Positions 5,828 to 13,000 of a stretch of 13,429 nt of DNA are shown piece by piece. The stretch is from Candidatus Woesearchaeota archaeon (GTDB lineage: Archaea; Nanobdellota; Nanobdellia; Pacearchaeales; GW2011-AR1). The stretch's first letter is position 1, and each line of letters begins with the position of its first letter. The position numbers and the translations under genes were made by a program. The DNA lies in contig CAYHJV010000011.1 in assembly GCA_964357045.1 (NCBI GenBank), positions 1 to 13,429 on the forward strand, in the 5' to 3' direction. The notes beneath the pieces are model-generated. The model did no database searches and was not told where the DNA came from. It saw only the letters and a program-made list of their open reading frames with translations.

Positions 5828-8707
5828 ATGAAAGAAATGAAACAGGTTAAAATTGGTGAAAGACTCGTCGGAGAAGGATGCCCAACCTTTATCATTGCGG
5901 AGATTGGGGTAAATCACAATGGGCAGATAGACATTGTAAAAAAGTTGATTGATGTAGCTGTTCAAGGAGGGGCTGATGCGGTAAAGTTTCAAAGGAGAAG
6001 TCTAAATCAAATTTACCAGGAGGAGATTCTTAAAAACCCGAACCTAGGCGAGCAATCTTTCCAATATCTTCTTCCAATTTTAAAAGAATTCGAACTTTCT
6101 GAACAAGATTATCGCGAGATTGTCCGTATCTGTCGTGAGAAGAACATTATTTTTCTTTGTACCCCCTGGGATACTTTAAGTGTTGACTTTTTAGAGGACC
6201 TAGAAGTTCCGGCCTACAAAGTTGCCTCTGCAGATCTCACTAATTTTCCACTCATAGAGTATATAGCTTCCAAAAAAAAGCCAATGATCCTTTCAACAGG
6301 GATGTCTAGAGAGGATGAAATTAATAAGACTGTGAATTTTCTTAAAGAACGAAATGCAGAGTTCGTTCTTCTCCACTGCAACAGTACTTATCCAGCTCCT
6401 TTTAAGGAAATCCATCTAAGATATATGGAGAAATTACGAGAATTTGGTGTCCCTGTGGGCTATTCAGGGCATGAAAGAGGGATTGCCATCTCGACAGCTG
6501 CAGTGGCTCTTGGAGCATGTGTTATTGAAAGACATATTACTCTAGATCGAACTATGAGGGGTCCAGACCACGCAGCCAGCCTGGAACCACCGGGCTTCCA
6601 AAAAATGGTAAGAGACATCCGTCAGCTTGAATTGGCTTTAGGGGTTCCTAAGAAGAAAATTAATCAAGGAGAGGTTCTAAACCGAGAGCTTCTTGCCAAA
6701 AGTCTAGTAGCCAAAGTTTCCATTCCAAAAGGAACCATTATTTCAAAGGAGATGATAACTGCCAAGAGTCCGGGGAAAGGGATTTCTCCTCAGCGTCTTT
6801 ATGAATTAGCGGGGCGGACAGCCGCCAGAGATATTCAAATGGATGAGAATTTCATAGAAGAAGATTTTGGGAGTATTTCTTCCTCCAGCAACTTCGTCAA
6901 CAAACTAGATTCAACATACAAATGGGGGCTTAAGGTCCGTTTTAATGATTTCGACCAATTGGTTACTTACAATCCTAATTTCGTTGAGTTTCACTTTACT
7001 GATAAAGATATTGATGTTCCTTTTCAACCCAGCAGGAATTATGAGCAAGAGCTCTACGTTCACGCTCCCGAATACCAATTTCGTTCACTCATAGATCTTT
7101 GTTCCATGGATGAGAAAATTCGAGTGGCATCCGTTGAATTCATTCAGAGATCTATACAGAAAACGAAGGAAATAGCCCCTTATTTTAAAGGTAAACCACG
7201 GATGATTCTTCACGTAGGAGGAATGAGTTTAGAACCAATTTTAGATACCCGTCCGCTTCTTGAAAATCTTGAACGATCGCTTTCTGAACTTAGATTGGAT
7301 GGCGTGGAATTATTGCTTGAGAACTTGCCACCCAACCCTTGGTTTTTCGGAGGGCAATGGATCTCCAATGTTTTTATGGATGCCACTGAAATTCGCGATT
7401 TCTGTAGGAGGAAAGGATATCCAATATGTTTTGATTCATCACACGCAAAGCTTTATTGCAACTTCAAAGGCATTTCAATGGCAGAATATATTTCCACTGT
7501 CAAGCCTTTTACAAAACATCTTCATATTTCAGATGGGGCCGGCTTTGATGCAGAAGGACTACAAATAGATGAAGGAGAGATTGATTTCTCTGAAATTTTC
7601 CGTCTATTCCAAGGACAGGAGTATACATTGGTACCAGAAATTTGGCGGGGCCATCAAAACGGGGGCCAAGGCTTTTTCATTGCCTTGGAGCGTCTTTCAA
7701 AGTATTTTGTCTCGTTAATAGACAAGCACTCTCCTTATTCAAAAATAGATGAAATGAATAATAAAAAATGTTACCTCTGTGGATCGGAACACTTAAATGT
7801 AATTCGTGCTAAACTACGTTACGACATAAATAGAAATGTTCTTGAATGCCAAGAATGTAGCTTTGTTTTCTTAGAACCTCAATCAAAAAATCTTGAAGAG
7901 TATTATAGTGGGGATTATCGAAAAACATACTCTCCAGTTATTAATACTCCTCTTAGTAGCAAGGAAATATTTGATATATATCTTCCTCTCCAAAAGAGTA
8001 TTATCAATAGAATTAAATACTTACTGAATCCAGAATCAAGAGTCCTTGAGGTGGGCTGTTCTGCAGGGCACTTTTTGTATGCTATTCAGGACAAGGTTAA
8101 AGAATGCATAGGTGTTGAACTTAATAAACTAGATGCTAAATTTGTTAATGAGGAACTTAAAATAAAGGTATATAACTGTCAAATTGAAGAAACAGATTTA
8201 GAAGATAATTCATTTGATTTAATCTACGCAAATCAAGTTTTAGAGCATATAGGCAATCCAATAAATTTTTTAACAAAACTATCTAAGTATTTAAAACCAA
8301 CAGGAAAAATAGTTTTTCAAGTTCCAAATCTCCATGACCCCCTGTTAAGTTTATACCACTCAAAAGAATATTCTGATTTTTGGTTTAAAGAACCTCATAT
8401 TTCTTATTTTTCTCCTAAAACTCTTCTAAAAACATTTGAAAAAGCCAGCTTTTCTGGAAAAGTATTTCCTGTGCAGGATTATGGATTTATTAATCATTTA
8501 AACTGGATATTAAATGGAAAACCTCAAAAAAGTGTAACAGAAGGTGTCTCGGAACCTGTTCTACTAAATTCCAATTTGGTATCTGAGGAAGTTAAGAATG
8601 ATTTTAATGATTGGATAAAAAAAGTCAATGAAGAATACCTATCGCTTTTAAATAAACACAAATTTGGAGAATACCTTTTATTTATTGGAGAAAAAACTCT
8701 TTCATAA
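5828..8707 (+). CDS. Tri-domain fusion protein: NeuB-family nonulosonic acid synthase with SAF domain, xylose-isomerase-like TIM barrel, and Zn-ribbon class I SAM-dependent methyltransferase
   Basis: The track ORF is 5816-8707 with a TTG start; the first ATG is 5828, with another at 5837. The NeuB part (about 5849-6670) has FIIAEIGVNHNG, AVKFQ, LLHCNSTYPAP, GYSGHERG, IERHITLDR and GPDHAASLEP. The SAF part (about 6689-6868) has SLVAKVSIPKGTIISKEMITAKSPGKGISP. The TIM barrel (about 6917-7699) has LYVHAP, ILHVGG, LLLENL, CFDSSHA, HLHISD and VPEIW, the metal-ligand pattern of the AP_endonuc_2/xylose-isomerase-like fold. The methyltransferase (7754-8704) has CYLCGS...ECQECSF (CxxC...CxxC), the SAM motif I VLEVGCSAGHF, and DLIYANQVLEHI. 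Confidence 0.9.
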   Translation: MKEMKQVKIGERLVGEGCPTFIIAEIGVNHNGQIDIVKKLIDVAVQGGADAVKFQRRSLNQIYQEEILKNPNLGEQSFQYLLPILKEFELSEQDYREIVRICREKNIIFLCTPWDTLSVDFLEDLEVPAYKVASADLTNFPLIEYIASKKKPMILSTGMSREDEINKTVNFLKERNAEFVLLHCNSTYPAPFKEIHLRYMEKLREFGVPVGYSGHERGIAISTAAVALGACVIERHITLDRTMRGPDHAASLEPPGFQKMVRDIRQLELALGVPKKKINQGEVLNRELLAKSLVAKVSIPKGTIISKEMITAKSPGKGISPQRLYELAGRTAARDIQMDENFIEEDFGSISSSSNFVNKLDSTYKWGLKVRFNDFDQLVTYNPNFVEFHFTDKDIDVPFQPSRNYEQELYVHAPEYQFRSLIDLCSMDEKIRVASVEFIQRSIQKTKEIAPYFKGKPRMILHVGGMSLEPILDTRPLLENLERSLSELRLDGVELLLENLPPNPWFFGGQWISNVFMDATEIRDFCRRKGYPICFDSSHAKLYCNFKGISMAEYISTVKPFTKHLHISDGAGFDAEGLQIDEGEIDFSEIFRLFQGQEYTLVPEIWRGHQNGGQGFFIALERLSKYFVSLIDKHSPYSKIDEMNNKKCYLCGSEHLNVIRAKLRYDINRNVLECQECSFVFLEPQSKNLEEYYSGDYRKTYSPVINTPLSSKEIFDIYLPLQKSIINRIKYLLNPESRVLEVGCSAGHFLYAIQDKVKECIGVELNKLDAKFVNEELKIKVYNCQIEETDLEDNSFDLIYANQVLEHIGNPINFLTKLSKYLKPTGKIVFQVPNLHDPLLSLYHSKEYSDFWFKEPHISYFSPKTLLKTFEKASFSGKVFPVQDYGFINHLNWILNGKPQKSVTEGVSEPVLLNSNLVSEEVKNDFNDWIKKVNEEYLSLLNKHKFGEYLLFIGEKTLS

Positions 8708-8789
8708 TATTTGCTTATGCGTGAAAAAGATTTGTTGGATTTAGACACGGAAGATGATTTAAAGATTATATAAGCTTTGATGAAAAAAG

Positions 8790-9727
8790 TCAATAGTCTT
8801 TAGAATAAAGCCCACTCGGTGTTTTACCTATTAGCGCATGCCCTATAGCCGTAAAGTAAGGATTAATTAACTTTTTTTGTCTCCATTTTGTCAACCTAAA
8901 AATTGCAAGTGCCGTAGACTCTAATAAAAGGACAAAAAGAAAAAAAGCAAAGTTTTTATTTTTTCTAACAGTTAGTAGCCAATTTCTTATGTTATAATAA
9001 GTTGATATTTCATTTTCTTTTTTGTTCTTCTCTAGGGAAGCTGAAACCTTATGCCAAACTTTAGATTCCGGGACAAAAAGACACCCATATCCTCTATTTG
9101 TCATTCTTAGACACCACTCTGTAAACTCATGAATTACAAAGAACCTTTCATCAAATAAACCATATCTTTTCAAAACATCCGCTCTCATCATAAGGACACA
9201 ATCGCAAGCATCAACATAGCTTTCTTTTAAATTTCCTGTATCTATCTCTCCTTGATTTAATGGCTTAAAGCTTTTAATTGAATATTTACAGCCGGCACAC
9301 CATATTTTATTTTTTGGTTTCATATAGTAAATAATAGGAGTTGACACTGCTACTTTCTGATTTTTTTCCATCGACTCAACCAAAATATTCAAGAAATTTT
9401 TATCAACAACCATATCATTATTCAAAGTTAAAATATACTTGCTGTTCCACCTCAACCCCTCTCTTATTCCAACGTTAGTTCCTTCTGCCAATCCCAATTT
9501 TTTTTATTCTCTATCAAGGTGGCCATTTTGGAGTATTTTCTTCTAAATTCCTTTTGAGTGCCGTCACTGGATCCATTGTCTACGACAATTATGTCATAGT
9601 TTCTATAATTTATTTCTTTCAAAGAATCTAATAAGTCAAAAGTATGCTTCTTGCCATTCCAATTAACAAAAACAATAGAAACTCTTGGTTGATTACTATT
9701 TTTTTTTGTTTCAATTTTTTGTTTCAT
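8790..9727 (-). pseudogene. GT2-family glycosyltransferase split into two ORFs by a 1-nt frameshift at an A8 tract (T8 on the + strand, 9498-9505)
   Basis: ORF 9464-9727 encodes the GT2 N-terminus (VSIVFVNWNGKKHTFDLLDSLKEINYRNYDIIVVDNGSSDGT ... ATLIENKKN). ORF 8790-9497 continues in the -1 frame with LGLAEGTNVGIREGL...LTLNNDMVV. Together they rebuild the canonical N-x-G-x-A-x-G-x-N and DxD-region layout of one ~312-aa enzyme. The M that opens the downstream track ORF is really an internal TTG Leu codon. Confidence 0.75.
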
Positions 9728-9744
9728 TATTTACAACGAATCTA

Positions 9745-10524
9745 CTAGAAATCCATAATTCTCATTGGTTTAATTTTTTCTTTTTTAATAAATTTAAATA
9801 TTTCCTCCAATAGCCTTAATTTGAATCTTGCTTCAAATAAATCATGAATGTAAAAAGAAGAAAGCTCTCTTCTCTTCATAGTTTCTTTCATATAATCTAA
9901 TATTTCTGCATCTGATTTTCCTAAACTAACCATATACTCAATAACAGGAGTTCTTTTTTCTCCGCATATAGTTATGGGCACATTTTTTATTTTGCCATAA
10001 AATTTCGGCTTGTCTCCCTCAAAATCGCTTACGAATTTTATTCCATACTCCTCCAATATTTCAAGGACTTTTTCATTTGTACTAAAACCTGGAGCGCAAA
10101 AACTTGTCGGATTTCTATTAAAAATTAATCTGTACCTTCTAACTGCAGATGCAACGTGCTTTTCTATATCGACCTTATTTCCTCCTCTTGTCCATGCCCT
10201 ATGCTTCCAGCCATGCAGACCTAACTCATGACCTTCTTCTAAAATTCTTCTCAATACTCTCATATTTCTTTTAACGAAGTCTCTCGGGAAAAGAGCCATC
10301 CTTATTTTATCCTTTAAAGACCAAATTTTAATTCCTCTTTCTGAAGAAGAAGTCATTTTTCCTCTGTATTTAAGCAACTCAAAAATATTTGACTCCCCTC
10401 CCATTACTAGATAAAAAGACACTTTTATGTTACATTTTTTTAGCAAATCTAAAAGTTTAGGAAGACCTTCTTTAATGCCTTTATTTGACTCTAAGTCAAC
10501 TCTTAGCGTAAATTCTCTTCCCAT
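9745..10524 (-). CDS. Polysaccharide deacetylase family protein (CE4/NodB-type), ArnD-like
   Basis: The 259-aa ORF has LRVDLESNKGIKEGLPKLLDLLKKCNIKVSFYLVMG and HELGLHGWKHRAW. These parallel my recollection of E. coli ArnD ([36 protein letters not shown] and HEVGLHAWDHHAW). Its start lies 2 nt downstream of the stop codon of the upstream GT4 gene, so the two are probably co-transcribed and possibly translationally coupled. Confidence 0.8.
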   Translation of the reverse strand: MGREFTLRVDLESNKGIKEGLPKLLDLLKKCNIKVSFYLVMGGESNIFELLKYRGKMTSSSERGIKIWSLKDKIRMALFPRDFVKRNMRVLRRILEEGHELGLHGWKHRAWTRGGNKVDIEKHVASAVRRYRLIFNRNPTSFCAPGFSTNEKVLEILEEYGIKFVSDFEGDKPKFYGKIKNVPITICGEKRTPVIEYMVSLGKSDAEILDYMKETMKRRELSSFYIHDLFEARFKLRLLEEIFKFIKKEKIKPMRIMDF

Positions 10525-10526
10525 TT

Positions 10527-11747
10527 TTATTTTAACAATCGGTTGTATGTATTTAATAACCTATTGAGATCATCTTTCCAATGAAACCTCATTTTATAAC
10601 TATTTTTACCCATTTTTTTTCTTAACTTTTCATTTTTTAATATCTTTATAATACCTTCTGCAATTGCCTTGGGATCGTTTTTTACGATAAATCCATTTTT
10701 TTTGTTTTTAACAAACCTTCTCATTATTTCTAAATCTGTTGCTACTATGGGTAAACCAGCCGCTAAATACTCATATAGTTTGTCAGGATCTGCAGTTTCT
10801 GTGAGAAGAGTTTTTTGATGACATATTATTCCTAAATCAGCAGAACACACAAATTTAGCATATTTTTCTTCGTTCATCCACTCGCTAACTAAAATAACAT
10901 TATCGCTGATTTTGTTAATACTAATTTTATCTAACAATTTTTTATAATAAATTTTATCTTTTATTTCCTCTGCTATCTTTATAACAAATAAAGCTTTTGG
11001 AATTTTTTTTACAACTAAAGAAATTGAATCAATTAATAGATCTACTCCGAAGTATGGAACAATACTCCCCGTAAATAGAACTATTTTCTTATTTTCCCAG
11101 CCAAACTTTTTCTTATTTTTTCTTTTTGGATTAAAATATTTATTGTTTGCGGCAGCCGCAGAATTAGTTACTATTGTAAAATATCCTTCTTTTAATTTAT
11201 AGCCTTTCTTGAGGAATTCTTTCTGAGGCTCGCTCACTACAACTATATGATCTATATGTTTAAAACAAAATCTCTCAAATACATGGAAAAGTTTTATTTT
11301 CATCTTTCTCATAAAATTAACAGAATTTTTATCTAAGATTGTAGATTCTCCGCTCCAGGGGTCATGATAATCTAAAATTATTTTTGCCTTAATACCCATA
11401 AATTTAGATATATAAGCGGGAATAAGAGAAGAGTGTCTGTGGCAATGGATTAAATCTATTTTATTTTCTTTATCTATTTTTTTTAGTTTCCTTGCTCCAA
11501 AAACTCCAAAAATTACTATATCTAAAATAGTTAGATTATTAGAGGGTTTGTCTGTAAGAAATCTTTTTTTTTTAATTATTACAGTGTTAAAATTTTCATT
11601 ATACTCTTTTTTTATTTTATTTTTTTTAAATAACATCCTATAAACAGTAAATTTTTTTTCAGATAAATCCCTACACATTTGATAAATTCTTGGAGGTTCT
11701 TGAAAGTCTCGCGCAAACATCTGTACAATTACTTTTTTGTTATTCAT
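10527..11747 (-). CDS. GT4-family (GT-B, Glycos_transf_1) glycosyltransferase
   Basis: The 406-aa ORF has a C-terminal donor-binding region, VLFTGSIVPYFGVDLL...ADLGIICHQ...ETADPDKLYEYLAAGLPIVATD...NGFIV, which is the E-x7-E-type motif region. It contains an in-frame A10 tract at 11564-11573. Confidence 0.85.
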   Translation of the reverse strand: MNNKKVIVQMFARDFQEPPRIYQMCRDLSEKKFTVYRMLFKKNKIKKEYNENFNTVIIKKKRFLTDKPSNNLTILDIVIFGVFGARKLKKIDKENKIDLIHCHRHSSLIPAYISKFMGIKAKIILDYHDPWSGESTILDKNSVNFMRKMKIKLFHVFERFCFKHIDHIVVVSEPQKEFLKKGYKLKEGYFTIVTNSAAAANNKYFNPKRKNKKKFGWENKKIVLFTGSIVPYFGVDLLIDSISLVVKKIPKALFVIKIAEEIKDKIYYKKLLDKISINKISDNVILVSEWMNEEKYAKFVCSADLGIICHQKTLLTETADPDKLYEYLAAGLPIVATDLEIMRRFVKNKKNGFIVKNDPKAIAEGIIKILKNEKLRKKMGKNSYKMRFHWKDDLNRLLNTYNRLLK

Positions 11748-11772
11748 TTTTAAAAATATTTAATACCAAAAT

Positions 11773-12870
11773 TTACTTTATAGCTTCCGAATAAATTCTT
11801 TCTAATTTTTTATTACGTTCTTTAATAGAAAATTTTCCGGTTTCAATATTTTTCAAGCAATTTTTTCGCATCTTAGATCTAATTTTTGGTTTATCAATGA
11901 GAATTAATACTCTCTTAACAATCTCATTAATTATTAATTTTTCTTTTTTTCCTATTCTTTCTTGATCTACTTTTCCAACATTAGGTATAACAAATCCGGT
12001 ATTTCCATCATCAATTATTTCTTTTCTCGCATAACCATCTACTGTAACAGTGGGTATTCCAAAAGACATTGCTTCCAACATAGAAAACCCAAAAGTATCA
12101 CTGTAACCAGGATAGACAAAAATATCAACTTTAGGATATACCTCTCTAAATAATTTATTTTGTGGGAGAAGATCAATAAATATTATGTTTTTATTTTTAG
12201 AATATTTCTTCAACATCTTTTCTGTAACTACCGAAACAAATAAGCATTTTACGTTTTTTCTTTCTTTAGTTATTTTGTCAAAAACTTCTAATGCGTGTAA
12301 CCCCCCCTTCCTATTAAAATATCTTCCAACAAACAATAAAGTAATTTTATTGTTTTTTTTATTTATATTAGGTTTTTGTCTAGGTACAGCGGGATATACC
12401 ACCTCTACTTTATTTTCTATTTCTGGAAACATCCTAACTATTCCTCTTTTACATTCTTCTGTCCAAGCAATTATCTTTTTACAATTTTTTCTTTGTAAAA
12501 TTTTTCTCACAATTTTTCTCCCAATTGAAGTACTTCTCCAAGAAAGCCAAAACTGCCAGTGACACTCAAAATCTGCAACCCAACGAATATCTTTGTTTTT
12601 ACTTAGACAGTGTGCGCAGTGAATTAAATCATATTTTCCATTTTTTGTTTTATATGCATTTGGAAAAGGCAATCTAAGTTTATTTGCATAATTCCTTAAC
12701 CCTTTTAGACGACTAAAAAAAAGAAATTTGCTTTTCTCAGTTATAACCCCTTTCTGATTTCCTGCATTTAAATATCTAATTCCTTTTGGGGGATTCTCTA
12801 CCAAATATCTATAATATGGGGAATCAGGAAATTTCCATGGATATTGTAAGAATATGTCCATCTTATCCAT
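11773..12870 (-). CDS. GT4-family (GT-B, Glycos_transf_1) glycosyltransferase
   Basis: The 365-aa ORF has LLFVGRYFNRKGG followed by the canonical motif SDTFGFSMLEAMSFGIPTVTVDGYARKEIIDDGNTGFVI. It is the first gene of the minus-strand operon. An alternative ATG lies 9 nt downstream (MDKMDIF). Confidence 0.85.
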   Translation of the reverse strand: MDKMDIFLQYPWKFPDSPYYRYLVENPPKGIRYLNAGNQKGVITEKSKFLFFSRLKGLRNYANKLRLPFPNAYKTKNGKYDLIHCAHCLSKNKDIRWVADFECHWQFWLSWRSTSIGRKIVRKILQRKNCKKIIAWTEECKRGIVRMFPEIENKVEVVYPAVPRQKPNINKKNNKITLLFVGRYFNRKGGLHALEVFDKITKERKNVKCLFVSVVTEKMLKKYSKNKNIIFIDLLPQNKLFREVYPKVDIFVYPGYSDTFGFSMLEAMSFGIPTVTVDGYARKEIIDDGNTGFVIPNVGKVDQERIGKKEKLIINEIVKRVLILIDKPKIRSKMRKNCLKNIETGKFSIKERNKKLERIYSEAIK

Positions 12871-13000
12871 ATTGACGAAATAAGTGTACGACTTATAAAT
12901 ATTATGTACTATTATTATAATACCGATGCAATGTAGATAAATATATATAACCCCAATAAAATAAAAATGAATGCCAAACTATGATAAGAAAAGGTACGTT
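12871..13000. promoter_or_regulatory. Divergent intergenic region between the GT operon (-) and the acetyltransferase gene (+)
   Basis: This is about 100-130 bp of AT-rich non-coding DNA between divergent starts. I cannot support a specific motif. An in-frame alternative ATG for the acetyltransferase lies at 12971. Confidence 0.3.

Noticed and set aside
5771-5992. 73-aa minus-strand ORF over the start of the NeuB fusion
   Set aside because: It is antisense to the conserved IAEIGVNHNG region and is most likely a chance open frame.
7260-7568. 102-aa plus-strand ORF in an alternative frame inside the TIM-barrel module
   Set aside because: It is fully nested in the 959-codon frame, which carries the conserved motifs. 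The track ORF opens with a non-ATG start (CTT GAA AAT context), and there is no independent support.
8524-8793. 89-aa minus-strand ORF across the end of the methyltransferase and the convergent spacer
   Set aside because: It is mostly antisense to the methyltransferase C-terminus and overlaps the GT2 stop. The product is low-complexity.
10010-10231. 73-aa plus-strand ORF inside the ArnD-like gene
   Set aside because: It is antisense to the conserved HELGLHGWKHRAW region and has no support.
11962-12562. Two plus-strand ORFs (63 aa and 125 aa) inside the GT4 gene
   Set aside because: They are antisense to a motif-supported GT4 gene. The products are hydrophobic and low-complexity, as expected for the antisense of Lys/Asn-rich coding sequence.
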